This document shows positions 26,766 through 41,586 of a DNA stretch of 64,000 nucleotides, one piece after another (the stretch's first letter is position 1; each line of letters opens with the position of its first letter). Both the position numbers and the translations under genes were made by a program. The notes under the pieces are model-generated. The model worked only from the letters and a program-made list of their open reading frames with translations, did no database searches and had not been told where the DNA came from. The DNA lies in the NCBI RefSeq assembly GCF_964355755.1, contig NC_092675.1, positions 4,707,812 through 4,771,811 of the forward strand, in the 5' to 3' direction. The DNA is from Antedon mediterranea (taxonomy: Eukaryota; Animalia; Echinodermata).

Positions 26766-27463
26766 TATACTCCATACACTCAACAAACCATGGATGTAAC
26801 ACTTTTATGAACTAAATGTGACCTAATGTATTACACAAAAAGTAGACTTAATATAACAAATCCGACTGCAAAAAAATGGAAAATTACAAAAATAGAAATA
26901 CTGTATCCATTTGTGATTAACATATTTTAATGGAAAAATGTATCAATCATACAGCCATGAACGTCTAGCATTGAACTTTTTAAAAATAAATATGAAAAAC
27001 ATAAAGGAAAACATACATTTTAACGGTGAGTTGAAAAGAAAATTTGGTTAATTATTTAGTATAGACATTATTAAAGGAAACAGAACATAGTTGGGGTCAC
27101 ATAAAGGATATGACAAAGCATTCGTACCTTTCTCCACAGTGGACTATTTCACGCAGTGGCAAAGTGTGCTAACCGTCACATTAAACATTTTCTGTTCATC
27201 TCACATCAAAATTAATATCAGTTAAAAACTCAGGACATGTTTAGGCTGGTACCTAAAGTACAGTATGTTGTCCTAAGCGCAGATGACTAAGATGATTTAA
27301 ACCAACAAAATTATTTTTGGAATGTTCAGCAGTCGCAGAAAAGTTTTATTACATTCAAAAATATTTCAACAGAAAGTGTGAAGTCTTTTATTGTTGAACA
27401 TTTACATTAAAATGTTTTTTCTTAAAGCTAAACTATAATAAATAAAGGTATAGAGAAACTTCA

Positions 27464-27589
27464 AAACACACCCAGTGATAGAAACACACCCAGTGATAGA
27501 AACACACCCAGTGATAGAAACACACCCACTGATAGAAACACACCCAGTTATAGAAACACACCCACTGATAGAAACACACCCACTGATAG
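27464..27589. repeat. 18-bp minisatellite, 7 units
   Basis: Tandem AAACACACCCA(G/C)TGATAG. Confidence 0.95.
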
Positions 27590-28246
27590 ACTGGAAATTC
27601 ATTATGAACAATAGACATCTGTGAGAATGAGATAAAAAGCCACCTTAACTGAGAGTTGACTCTGGAATCTTCTGCTTTATGCAGACGACCTACCATTTGA
27701 CCACTGGGCTTTCAAATTATGGTTGTAAGTAATCCGATTGGACACCACAGTGTGGTACAGTAGAACAGCAAAGCATTGCGCAACAGAGATCAAATTGATG
27801 CCTCATCTTGGTATTGGATAGTTATTATTTGGTATTGGATACGTTTATGAAAAAATTTCGATTTTACTATAAATTATTTATTTAATTTAAACCTTACAAT
27901 GGCATAATTTCTATACAGAGTAGAATACTATTTAGTGTCATGTTTCCGACTAGGCGGCAACAAGTTAATTTTCACTACTGAGTGTAAAAACAGAAATGGA
28001 GTAATAACAGATTTATTTCTAAGAAACATACAGCAAGCCACAAGAAAGAGATTGATATGGTGTTAAGTCACAAAAGGAAGACATAAGTTATTTATCAAAT
28101 GTCTGTGGTTACAGTTTTTGATATTCAAGTGTTAGATAATTGCTTACAGTAATTACTTTACACTTCAAATAATACATCTATTGTGATTTTATAGTGGATT
28201 TACCTTTATTTAGTTGAATTATGCTTTAAATATCAATAATTATTTT

Positions 28247-28447
28247 CAGGCCTTGTCTTTTAAGGCGAGTGAGTGCGATCACTCACCTAACACACTCCTA
28301 AACTCCACTTGAGAAGTGTGATTTACAACACGCCTAAATTTAGTACACTTCTACACACGAAAAAAAATCAGCACACCTACAGCACCCCTGAATATATTGA
28401 GGAGTTCAATTTGTAGCACACCTATGATTTTCAAAAGAAAAAGCCTG
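28247..28447. mobile_element. Small degenerate TIR element (CAGG...CCTG)
   Basis: CAGGCCTTGTCTTT versus the reverse complement of the right end, CAGGCTTTTTCTTT. TATTTT occurs on both flanks. Confidence 0.45.
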
Positions 28448-28663
28448 TATTTTAATAAAAAATTCCTGTTCTTTTAATGTAAAAAAATTCACATTAAAGA
28501 GCAATTCATAGGATTTCTAAATGCTGTAAGATACCAACTTAAGGATGTAAAATTACCATTTAAGAAAAATAAGGAAACAGTTAAATAAGAGGAAACAATG
28601 CAAAAAAACAAAACAGTAAATATATTCAGCAAAGCTTTACAATAATTCAGTATACTTACAGTA

Positions 28664-28820
28664 CCTCTGTCTACACTATCAAACTAGTTTGACAAAAAAA
28701 GTGTGATGTGCATAAATATGCTAGTGATATGCTCAAATATGGTAGATATGATATCATCATGTCTATATCGGTACATCACATTGTTTTGACACATAAAGTT
28801 TGATAGTGTAGACAAGGCCT
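28664..28820. mobile_element. ~150-bp MITE family, copy A
   Basis: TIR CTCTGTCTACACTATCAAACT...AGTTTGATAGTGTAGACA. Homologous to six other copies in the window. Confidence 0.85.
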
Positions 28821-30903
28821 TAACAATATGCTCTGTCAATTAGTTTGAAACGGGAAAACAGATTTTGATTATTGAATACTTCAATTTGGAGAGTAAAATT
28901 TAAAATATGTCTAAGATTGCACTTAGCATGTTAAAAATAGAACACATTATGGTTGTTGAAAGATTTTAAAACAAGTTGAAAATATCAATATAAAGGAAAA
29001 TACTACAACATGGCAGCATAAACAACAAAGGTCATTGTGAAGATAAAAACATTAGCCACTTATAATAATGGTTCTGTTTCAAGAAACTATACAAACAAGT
29101 ATTTATTTATTCAATTTTTGATATGCAATACAAAGAAGACAAAACAAATATAAAAGGCAAGGAAAGACCAAACAGGTCAATGTTTATACGATCATTCAAC
29201 TTCAGAATGTTTGTATTAATTACTATGATTTGATTTGAATATAGTTGGAAAATCACGTAAAAAATACATACAAAAAAGTCATAACATTATCTTTATTGAC
29301 ATTATATAAAAATACAATACAATAGGATCTGCATAAAAATTTGGATTTACTAAAAACAATGCAGAATGTCTACAAAACCGAATTGCATTTCATTTAAAAA
29401 TTCCAAGAATTGTAAGAAAATGCTGTTACTGAGTTAAAACAATTTTTTTTTGGTTATAAATATTTTGTAAAGTATAAATTTGATTTATAATAACCACTAA
29501 ATTAAACTACTCAATTAATAAATCGTTCATGAATACGTGATACGATGCATTCATGAATACTACGTGATCTGTACTTAGTATAAAGTTCAAAACATTTTTT
29601 TTGTTTACTAGCAAATACTCACTTATCAACGAATCAATTAGACAGGTGAAAGGGTCAATTGTTTACTGTAAATATTGTATAGATACAGTAGATTATGTGA
29701 TGATATTATGAAAAAATAATGACGTAGGCCTCATAATAAATAAAGTCCATAAATGGTGGGCACATAAACATACTGTATGCTGCTGTTCGTGACGACAAGT
29801 ATGATGCAGATATTGATGGTAAATAATAATTGTAATGATTGCATAACACAGTAAAATGATATAAATATAAAAGCCATTAAGACACAAACACACAGTGCAT
29901 TATAGTGTTAAAACATCTTGATCACCCAATTCTCTGTACTTTACATATCTCCATGGCATTATATATCCTGTAGGCAAACTCTATAATACAGCATCACATA
30001 ATACCACATGTGATGCCTGTATTATGTTAAGGTTGATGATCTAAAATACAGATCTGTGTCACAGAATTGACCTATGATTGATACAGTACAAATTATAACT
30101 ACTGTACTGAGAATCAGCTAAACATTTACTGATGTCAGGATAGATTACACCAAGTTAGATAATACAATCTTTATATAATATTCCCATGGTCACCAATTGT
30201 CATTATCAGTTTATTTGTTTCTCATCTTTCTTTGTCAAATTGGATTTTTATTGTTTGGAATTTCTTTATTAAACTTGTAAAATTAGTAAGTCTATACAGC
30301 TGCATTCAAAGATGTTTCAGTTAATATCTGAAACAACACAACTGATCCCTGAAAATAAATTGACAATTTATCTCTTAGAGATACAGTAATACAATTATTC
30401 TTTTTTCCAATTCCATGACCTTCACAGAGTATTCCAACCACACCATCCAGCATAGAGTAGATACAACACTGTTGCCATAGTGAAGCGTAACCCTGGGGGT
30501 AAAACACCTGTGAATTTTGGCAAAACTGGAACAAACTTGATTGAAAGAATTGTAGAAAATCATTTTCAATCAAGAGTATTTTAGAGAATAATTTGTTTGT
30601 TTGAATTAAAACACCTGGGAACACCAGTTCATTGAAACAAAGTGCTTGTACTTCCTCAGCTGGGTGTACAGCAGACATCACTGGTGAAATGAAATATCTG
30701 AAGAAGAAACTATCGCTTCAAATTCTCACACCAACTGTTAACAACTGTTAGCATTTAATTCAAGTTGAATTGTTGATTGATATTTCCAAACAGCCATGCT
30801 TTCTGGTAATCCTATGGCAGTCAGGATTTGAACAGAAGATACTGTATTGTGATATTGGAAAGCAGAGCCAACAGTGCCACACTACAAAAGGCAAATGAAT
30901 CCT

Positions 30904-31048
30904 AAGCTATATCTACACTATCAAACTTTATGTGATGCCCATATGGACATGATGATGTCATATCACTGACATATTTAAGCATATCACTACCATATTTGGG
31001 CACATCATACTTTCTTTTGTCAAACTAGTTTGATAGTGTAGAAAGATT
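30904..31048. mobile_element. ~150-bp MITE family, copy B
   Basis: Same TIRs (TCTACACTATCAAACT...AGTTTGATAGTGTAGA), opposite orientation to copy A. Confidence 0.85.
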
Positions 31049-34000
31049 TTTAGAAAAAAACAACTATTCCTCATTTGAAGCAACCTTGTCAAAGTAGAAA
31101 CATGCCTCATGTTTACACTATTTACATAAATTTAGCAAAAAAGTTTATAGTAAAGTTCCCACAGGAGTTAACGAATGAGTAGTACTAGTAGATGAGTAAC
31201 TGGATATTCTCTTTACTTATATGAAAAAAGACTTATTCATGAATAAAATATATGGAATGAAAAAATGTATTAAATTTATCTAGAATATAAAAAACAGGTT
31301 TTTAACTACAGTAAAACTTTAAGGTATATCATATGAACTGATCATCATCTTATCTTTGATACCATCTAAATAGCAAAGATCCACCACTTAATATAAATTT
31401 AAGATAAAATAAATAAGATAACCCAACAAGATATTATCATAGTTAGCTGTCATATTTATATGACTTTCTTTACTCTTCCTTGCATGATGTGGAAAATAGT
31501 AATTCTTGTTGGGCAATGCTTTAAGTTACTGTATGTTATTCGAATTGTAGAAATTAATTTTTACTAAATTTCACAAAAGAAGATAATTATACTAAAAATA
31601 AAATGTATATTTATTAAAGCAGAGCTGCCTATTTATTACAAATATTAAATAATATTTAAATAGAAATTGTCAAACAATTCAAGAAGTTGAAAATCTGTCT
31701 TGGCTGCTGTCCCTTTTTATTATTGTAAATCTCACGTTCTCGGTTTTCCGTTGCTTACTCATTTCTATAAAACAAGTCACATGGAGGATCAGTTATTAAA
31801 AAATCTAAATCTTCTTAAATCTGCAACAGAAATTATATAAATCTGCAATAAAAGATCTGTATAAATATGATACAGTACTGTAGTATGAGTTGACGCAAGA
31901 TAACCGATTCTTGGCAAACATGCATCTAATTGTTTGCATTCAAAAAACCACATTTAATTTAAGTATTTCATATTTTGGACGACATCTAAAGTCACATCAA
32001 GGACTAACATTTTTGTCCAAACACACTGAAAATACAGTACATAAAATAGATTTTTGAAAAAAAAATCCTTCAAACTCAATATTCATTGTTCAGAGAGATT
32101 GTCATTTGTGTTGAATTGTGATGAATTTTGATATTTGACAATAATAATAATTTTCAACATTTTGATTTATTATCATTATTATAATCATTTATTTTACCAT
32201 TTTATTTAATGCAATTAAGTTTTTTATAGATTAACTTTCAAAAAGAATGGCTGTATTTCCCGTGACATAACACTTTGTGTATGTACACTTTCAGAATAGA
32301 AGGTACTAATTACTAATAAGTGCAGAAGTGGTTGGCGACACAAGGGTATTGGGATATTTCAACCACCATATTGTCAATTGCAAATACAATCCTTTAATTT
32401 ATTAGCATTCATTGTTTAGACTACATTACTCCAAAATATCCTGCAACAGAGTGCTTCCTATGTCCAATTGAATATCTACTTTACACCATTAATATCCTGT
32501 GTTATAAATGAAAAGCAAGCTACTAGGAAACTTTGATTTGGCTTCCGATTATAGTTATTCCTTTGAAGTAAAGCAAATAAGGAACAGAAAGACTTTGGTT
32601 AAGATTATTCAAGAAGGAAGCCTTCTATTAAATCTGTAATTTTAACAGTTCGATAACCATAACACAGGTGCAAATATTAGGGTCTCTGGCAATCATATCT
32701 CTCTCTTTAATTTTACTGTGAAAGTTTATGGACATAATTGAGTGTATGCATTTGATAGATAAATATAATAAATCCTGTAATTATGAATCAGAAGTGAAAT
32801 TGTTTCCGAGAGCATTTAATATTGTTCAATTCAAATCGAAAGGAATTTTTTTTCTTCAATTCGTTTTTTTTCTTTTTAATTGTAAGACTATTCTAATATT
32901 ATTTGTTCTTTTATTTGGTCATGGATTTGTTTAGACCCCACCCCCAACATAATTTGTATAAATTACATTATAAAAATTTGTATTTGATACATTACAAGTC
33001 ATGTTCAAAATTATTATAAATTTAGGAACATAGTCATATGATTGTTTTTATATCATAAACGTCATTATATTAATAGGCAATGAAAATACACAATAACTCT
33101 CTTGGTAATTATAGTAAGCTGCGAAAGCAATCCGATCATAATAATTCGCATATAAAATAACCTTCTAATGCATAGTGTGCCTAGGTGTCTACACCATTCT
33201 ACCGAACCACAACAATCTCTATCAAACTACGCCAATGTCAGCTCCTAAATAATGTTGTGATGACACATACGCTGTTGATAAACATTTCTGTCCAAAATTA
33301 GCCCGGACTGGTCGTCTCCAAGGGTCAATCGGTGTGGTCTTCACCGTGTGGAACTGCCCGACACTGCTTTGGAAGCCTTGTAATCAAAACAGGGAATTTA
33401 CTAAAACAACATCGTTGATGCTTCAGTGGATTGCTATAGAACCCACAATAAGGCGGAGGATTGTGGTCGAATGCGACACTTGCTAGGAACACAGCGTGTA
33501 GTAAATTTTCTAAGCATGTTAAAACTAGGCCAACATTAAGTGTATGCATAATTCAGAGAGATAACAAGATGATGATGATGGTATTAGCAGATAAGATTGC
33601 GCTATATTCAGCATACCATTTTTTAATGTAAATACTGTACATGTTATCAGCTACTGTACATACACCTTCTAAAAGTATAAGATCTGTTTATAACTGTCTA
33701 TTGATAAAGATTTGGTTAATTTAGCAATTTTATGCCAATGGTTGAATGGATCTAATGTTAACTGTTTACTGAATGGAGAGACTTGAATTTGAAATCAGAT
33801 ACATAAAAAAAAGATACTACTGTATATATAATTAACAGTGGTCATCTACATGACATGATCACAACACATTGGATGGATTGGAAGGTACAAAAATTATGAT
33901 TTCTGGATTTAGACTAGAAACCAAATGGAAAATATAACTATTATATGACCTGTCATTTTAATCCATTACATTGCATGATTTCAAAACCTTTTGAGCAAAA

Positions 34001-36622
34001 AGCTTTTTAAACATAGCATTTTAGTATGATTAGAGCATGATGTCATTTTAACCCTGTACATTTGACAGTAACTTACAAATTATCTCCAAACGCATAGTGC
34101 AAAATTAATCATTTATATGGTATAGCTTAAACATACTCAACGACCCAAATAGTGATGGCTGATTCAGCATGGTTTCTTGTACAACATTCCCCCTAGACGG
34201 CTTATCACTGCATAATTATGAATCATAATCTGACTTCCTTTTCAATCACATGACCATTCTAGATTGACAAGGTTTTCTGAATTCACTTTTCATCTTATTG
34301 TTTGTAAAATAGGTTGTTTAATCATTGAAAGATGTACGGTAGGTTCTCAATAAAAAGAAATTGAGAACTAAATATTTTATAATAAATAAATTATATAAGA
34401 CAGTTAATGGATGTTCTTACTTATTACTTGATAATAATTTAATGATCATATAATTTATTAATGTCTTGAACCATTGCCTCTGTACAAGACCAAGTCTCAC
34501 TTTATCAATTTTTGGTGCCACGCAATTTATTAGATTAGTATTTTTAATTTTTTCATCTTGTGACTAAACTTTTGCTACCTTTCTGTAAACATCCAAGTAT
34601 AGTTTTAACAATAACATTCGGATGTTTTTCCCTTTTTGAAATAAAAACCAAACTAGTCTTTTTCATTATATATGCACTTTTAAACTTAATTTGAATAACC
34701 TTGGATGAACTTTGCATTTTTTGTGTGTAGATTTACCCCATTTATTTTGGATATTTACCAAACAATTTCTGTCCTAATGGATATTAATTTGTGAAATTAC
34801 TTTAAAGTTGGCATATTTCCTATTTTAACTTATTAATATTTCACAATTAATTAAAGATGATCATGTTATGTTTTATTAATTTGGCTCCACTCTTCATTTG
34901 GATGTACTAAAAAAATGCAATATTTATTTGTTCTTTCTTTAACCTGACAGTGAAATATGCTTTCAATACAAATGTACTGTAGCCTACTGATGTCCAAGTA
35001 TAAGGACAAAAAATATTACTTGGAAAGAAAGAAAAACATATGAGAGAAACAACTTGAGAGAAAATGAGAACTTTTCCTTACTGACAAATGGAACATATAA
35101 ATTACAATAGAACAAGAAAAAGATGAGGAAATTTAACATTTAAGAGCCTGCCACGAGAAAAGTACCAATGTGTCATTCAAGGCCTATAAAATCCCCGGCT
35201 GTTTCAACTTCTGCATTTTAGCAATTTTCAAGGACCTTGGAGTTTCGCCCCTCAATTGTCGACATCCTTTCCTTTAAAGTGAGGTTTAAGCTCAACTTCC
35301 ACTTTATAAAATGACATCCATGCTAAAAATATATCATAGAAGCAAAAAATTCATTCTGACAATAAGTTAATCATCATCTTTACCGCTGGTATAGTTTTTT
35401 TCATAATCAATTCCATGAATTTTTCAGAAATAAAACATCATTTTTACCATCCCATATTAACAGAGCACATGAGTTATTATTTGATGCAGCCGCACTCCTG
35501 TAGTCATTAATCAACGGGCCAACCAAGAAGGCTATCACCTGCCCTGCTAGACAAAGCATATGATCCAACATCCAAATTAAAATGTGCAATATCATTTCAG
35601 ATATTAATGACCTTTGCTAAGTTTCCATGGAAAAATAACAAATCTCTAGACTGGTAGATGTATGATAAGGGAACCCCGGTCTATCTGGCTGCAAACTATG
35701 TCGGATGTGAAACTGCTATTTTAGCGATAACTTTTTTTACAGAATAAATTGATAATACTATTTGACCTGAGCTTGTACAAAAAGGCTAACAAATTTAAGT
35801 GGATTAATGAGTATGACGTAGGGATATCACAAAAGTTGCATTACATTACAGTAGTATTGAAAGTAATTATATAATTTTATGAACAATCAATTAAAATTTT
35901 ATTCTACCTAAAAAGAAAGCATGTTCCAGTTCCTTTCATAAAGGCTTTTTCTAAATATATACAAAACTTCTTTTACAATAAATTATAAATTTCACATAAG
36001 TTTTCTAATTTCCATATTAATAATGGGGTGAATATTAGGCTCATGCCAAATATAAAACAAGAAAACTAACAGACACTATGCATCATATCTGTAACTATAA
36101 TTACACATGATAACATTGGAATATACAACTGTGAAGGTTATTCATCATAACCTATGAAGTTTAAAAGTAGGACACATTACTTTCTCAAAAGTGGAATTTT
36201 TTGTGTGTAAAACCAGGGCAGGTCTGCTATACCTTAAAGGCTTATTTTATCAACTATGATCTCAAACACAAACTGTAATGTTAAAACATTATTATTTAAA
36301 GTTTTATAAAACACTTGAATGTAGTAACTAATATGCAGTGATATACTTTAGTTGGGTAGGGTCAGTAAGATTAACTTCCAGACAGGAAGGCTTTCTTTCT
36401 ATTCAACTCTGCTCGCACTCTACGAATCATCTTCCTTAGCAATGTTTAAAGAGTTAGTGTGTTGCCAGAAAAGAAATGAATATCAGGAGGAAATCTGTTT
36501 ATTTTAATAGCATACTGTATACAGTTTTAACCATAATAAAAAGTTTGTCAATAAAGTAATCATCCCTTTTCTGCTACAAAATTTGTCATACAATTATTAT
36601 ACAAGGCTATTTATGAATGTTG

Positions 36623-37050
36623 TAATAATAATAACTTTATTGTTTCTCTTTTATAACAGAGGCACAATTCTCAAGAGATGTGCAACAACAACAAAAATAA
36701 ATATGGACTTATCTTACTACACAATCAAATACAAACATTATAAATTATTACATTAAAAAGTATACACATTAGGTTATAAAAATACATTCAATACATTTGA
36801 GCGAAAAGTAAAAGATTGTGTTATGGACGGATATTATAAATTTCGTTGCGTTCTTTCCATGCAGTTGTTAAATAATTTACAATATTTGTCAAAGATGTTT
36901 TACTTGCTAATACATAGTTAATATTGTTTATACATTGGATTTGATATTCTTCATGAATTTCTAGGTCGTCAAAAAAAAGGTGATATTTAAGTTCAGGTGA
37001 GCTTGACATGAGTAAGTCCCATATTTTATAGTTTGGGGTTAGTAAAACAA
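36623..37050 (-). mobile_element. Probable 5'-truncated LINE 3' end (ORF2 C-terminus, 3' UTR and AATAAA-(TTA)n tail)
   Basis: Minus ORF ends ...TNIVNYLTTAWKERNEIYNIRP*, resembling non-LTR ORF2 C-termini. It is followed by a T-rich UTR ending aataaagttattattatta. Confidence 0.5.
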
Positions 37051-38052
37051 TAATCAACATCTATGAACTGATTGTGGATAAGCGAGCTGGTCTAGGTGGA
37101 TGCAATAGAAAATAGTACGGTAATGTCATTTTCGAACATGTTGGTTCATTATGGAATGTATTTAAGAATTCCCTAACATGCTACCATGATCTACAGTAAC
37201 CCAAGTGAGGCAAATGCAAACCTGTCAAATATAGTTAGGAAATAAAAGGTTTAGAATTACAACAATGTCATTTAAAACATTATGTTACTTTGGTTTACAA
37301 ATGGCTTTCTATATTAAAACAGGAGATTTTAAATGTCACAAAACAATTAAAGAATTCAACTAAATTCTCAAAGTTGAGTATTAAAGTTTATTTTAAGCTT
37401 GAGGCTATTTTGTTGGCATTGGCAGTAGCATCAGCTAATACATATTATCACAGCAGGTTCCTGCTAACAAGAAAAATAATCAATAGAAGAATAAAAATAA
37501 AAGAACTTACTTTTAAAGACCCAAAGTAACTGCATTCTTTAACATATTCTTCTTACGTATACGCAGTAGAAATCTATAGTTATCTCCACAAAAAAGAAAA
37601 TTTGTTTCCCGTTGATTGAGCTGGAGTTTCACTTTTATTTTAAAGAATCTGGTTATGGAGCATGAATCCTGTTGAGAGAGAGAATAAGAATAAGTGAAAT
37701 TTGACAAGCTTGTAGTGCAATGGTATATGATTCAAGTTAATGTTACTTGGCCTTCACTACAGGTAGCCTGAGAACATTCCATTATGTCAACAGGGAAATT
37801 TATAATTGATTTAAGAGGATCCGGACAGCCTCTTAATGTTAATTAATTTAATTACACCAAGAATTTGACAACTTCATTGATTAAACTGCGAGTGTTATTG
37901 AATGTAAAAAGTTAGCTAAGAACCTATAAATATCAAAACAACATTACTCACAACATTAATGTTTGATTTTTTCACACAAACTAATCAAATACATAATTTA
38001 TACATTTCACATTAGACCTATTATGCAAAAAGTTTGGAAAACTTTCATTATT

Positions 38053-38301
38053 TGTTATTAATAAAAATAAATAAAGGCGAATCCCATGTTCATTCTGAAC
38101 ATAGGGAATGAGCTGTTGGAGCTCATTGTACTAAGCCTCTGCATTATGTGGTAGGGTGGCCAGTTCCTTTCCACACCGCCTTATACTCCCTAGTATTTTT
38201 CAATCATTTACAGTTGAGTGGACTGGGAGTTGTCAGGAATTGAACCTGGGTCGCTGTATGACAGTCAAGTGTCTTAACCACTCAGTTACCAAACTCCTGT
38301 A
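38053..38301 (-). mobile_element. tRNA-derived SINE
   Basis: Minus strand has A box TAACTGAGTGG, B box GGTTCAATTCC, a CTGTCA anticodon-loop remnant and cagtccactcaactgtaaatg (CORE-like). Flanked by an 8-bp direct repeat TCATTATT (38045-52, 38302-09). Confidence 0.75.
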
Positions 38302-41300
38302 TCATTATTAATAGTTGAATAATAATTTTTTCAAAACATTATTAAAACTGAATCAATTGTACATTTGTATGTATTTTCAAAAAAATCCTATAAAAAGGCA
38401 GAAATAATTGTAAAAAAATGCTTTAAAAATTGTTTTACAGAATTGCAAAAAAGATTAAATCTAGTGGCTGATTATGTTATACAGAATGACATTTGGACGC
38501 AAGTAAAATGCCCACTACAAAAATTGTTGTAGTGGGCATGTCCTCGCATTACTCTGATAGAAAGTATAAAAATATGTAAATATTTAAATGCATTTTTATT
38601 GACATGACAGCCAGTAAATGTGCAGAATCTAAGTACATACAGTAGTTATATATACCTATACTATACAATAAATGAAAATTTAAATAACAAAACAATACAT
38701 TTATTGAATTTACAAAACATCGAGAACAAAGATTTTAGATATTAAACTAATCCTAAGACTTCCCTTAAAAGTTGACAAAAGCTTAATCGAATTAACCACC
38801 CCTATGATTTTAAACATAATTTCCTTTTCACAATTTCATTCTTTATCAGATATCAACAACAAGCTGGATTTTTCGGACGTGATATAAAACGGAAATTTAA
38901 GGTTGGACAGAATTTAGAAGTTCTTAGAGAGCGATAATAGACAATCAGTACATTTTCCTGTCTCTACCTGACTTGCCGACATTCTAAAAATAAAGTAATA
39001 AAAAAATTGATATTCAAATCATCCATTGGTTATTTACCTGCATTGTTTCATGAATGAATGTAGTTTATAACCAATGATTGTTTCAAAGTTTAAAATATAA
39101 CATGAAACTCTTACTTACAAACACAAAATATAATTTAAAACTATTGGTTAATTTTTGCAAATCTGTAAACTTGACTGTCAGTGTTAATTGGGTATTGTAG
39201 GCAAGAATGAGAAACTATTTAAAAACAAACCCTTAAATGAATCTGGGTATGTTCGTGAATTTATGCCAAATCATTTATTGTAGTGGAGTTAAATTTGTAA
39301 TATTTTTATTTGATTTATAATTTTTAAAAACAGATAATATATAAACTATCATCAAAAGCTTCTACCTCTAATGTCAAGTAAACAACTGTTATTGAACAAT
39401 ATGATGGTGTTTCAGGAGTGATATGCACAGTATTTAGCCATTTATTTTTATGCACCAGAAATTGGGTCCCTATCTGTACATCAATTTATAGCTCAATCAA
39501 TAGACCTATTACCACTAATGATTATTAAACACTGATGCAATGCAATACATTACTACAGGACATTATAATGAAAAGGATCTTATATTGATACAGTGATAAT
39601 CAAAGATTCCATAGATATTTGCATGTTTAAATATACACTCATAATGTTAAATCTGTTGGTATAGAAAAGTTAATTATAAACCAAAAAATGTGTACGTAGT
39701 ACTATAACGCTTTGATTTGATCGCATACAATCTATCAGACAACATTAATACTATAGATAACAAAAGAATCTTAAATTGAACCACATCAATATTTATATAT
39801 ATTTAAAAAAAAAATTATTGTTTAAAATCATTTTATTAAATCAATTAAATGTTAACTTACTACAATTTTATAAAGTATATTTTGCTTATATTTCATTAAT
39901 TGTTTATTTTAAAAACTTTTTTTAAAGTTATCAATATCAAGTAACATTTAACCCATACATTAATAGTCTATTCCAAAGTTCTCTGTAGAGAGTTTCATGT
40001 TGGGTATACTATGGAAGAATTCAAACAATTTTAGTAAGCATCACATTACAAAAAGCTAGTGAGTGTGCTAGTTAAAACAGCAGTGTCTTGTCTTCCTAGG
40101 CTTCATCAGTTCCAACGTTGTGACCTACATTTAAATTACCATTATGATAATTATACATAATATCCAGTGGAAAATGAAGTAATTAAGTTATGAACTATAT
40201 AAATCTATTGTTGTTGCCAAAGCTTAGGGCTAAGGCCTGGTATAATAAACTACAACTCCTCCCCTCTTCCCACCTCGTTCCTCCCTTCACCTCCTGTATC
40301 CTCCTCCTATGTCTCATCCATTTGACAATAACTTCAACATACAACCAAGTTCAGTCAACTTCTATGTAAAGCACCTGGTTCACTAATATATTTTTTCTCA
40401 GATTCTGATGTTTTGCATGTTTAAAACATTGTTCTTATTTCTGTTTTTTATACAAATTGTAGTATTGGATGGACATCCGGACTTTTTTACATAAACATTT
40501 AAATACTTTAATAATACTTAGTATGTCTAACTGAATTGAAATATTCTTTAACACTAATATGAATGAAAAATACTTTAAATAAGACGTCACATTTAAGGAA
40601 ACAGCAGAAACCTTTACGTCATGTTATTCAATGATTACAAAAGTAAGAATGCAAAGGTACAGTACATACAAGTTAATTGATTCAATTAAACTATATCCTT
40701 AATTAAAATCATAATAAGTATGTTATTAGGTGTATATACGTCAACATGCAAGTATACTAATTGAGCTTTGTGCAGATGAAAGTGCAAAGATTCGACAAAT
40801 AATATGTAACTATCGGAAACACATGCGACCTGACTTACTGTAGGATTGCATTATCAGCTGATTGCTGTAGGCTTTACGAAATTATGAAAATTTATATTGA
40901 TTTTAATCATATCTAATTCATTTTGTTTCAAATTTTTAATTATTATATCCGTTGCTAAATATATAATTTGATAATTTATATCTAAATTACATGGATGAGC
41001 GACTTTAAAGTAACTTTTAAACTGCCGTTTCCTCCTGTCATTAGTTATAACAATGTAATATTTTATTAAATTAAAGGTGCAGTTAACACGAGAAGTTATA
41101 AGATATATTTAAATAAGTAATACAATACTGGGACACCATGTAACATACAATGGTTCCATGTAGCATAGATCACGAATATATAGTTCCAACCAATTTATGG
41201 AACTAAATCTATTGTGAGCTACGTCAGTATGCTATACAGAATCTGGCATTGTAACTGTGTTTACTTACACCATGGAGGTATACAGTACTTCCATGCTTAC

Positions 41301-41364
41301 ACAGTGTATCAGTTAAACAATGAATTACCTTTGTTTAAATCTATATCTCCGGTTAAAATGTTGT

Positions 41365-41586
41365 GTTTATTTATTTATTTATATTAGGATCGTTAATGTG
41401 TATTTTATCTATCTTTATGTACTGGATGTTTAAGGATGGATAAGCAAGCCTGCGAGCTACAGCGATTTTAATTGCTTTTGCTTATCCTTGCCTCCTTAGA
41501 TTTCCACCTGTCTTGTTTTTGTTACCTTGTTTTAAATGTATGTCGATTTTTAAAGGCTAAATAAAGAATGAATGAATGAATGAAGA
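41365..41586 (+). mobile_element. 5'-truncated LINE (L2/CR1-group-like) 3' end
   Basis: Ends AATAAA(GAAT)4, has an internal stem GGATAAGCAA...TTGCTTATCC, and a 10-bp TSD AAAATGTTGT (41355-64, 41587-96). Confidence 0.75.

Noticed and set aside
25985-26815. CRISPR-like array, or repetitive Cys/Tyr/His-rich proteins from ORFs 26005-26815
   Set aside because: The units are head-to-tail with no unique spacers, the context is eukaryotic with no cas genes, and the ORFs are by-products of a stop-free 27-bp unit.
30292-30681. 129-aa minus-strand ORF and a partial RFX X-box (GTTGCCATAG, 30471)
   Set aside because: No recognisable domain or convincing donor, and the X-box is only a half match. It may be regulatory DNA but is not supportable.
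33325-33549. GC-richer patch with a 74-aa minus ORF
   Set aside because: No splice signals or protein similarity were recognised, and it cannot be distinguished from an old repeat or enhancer.
38225-38297. tRNA-Asp gene (and a tRNA at 62133-62200)
   Set aside because: The acceptor stems do not pair, and both continue into SINE bodies and tails. They are tRNA-derived SINE heads, not tRNA genes.
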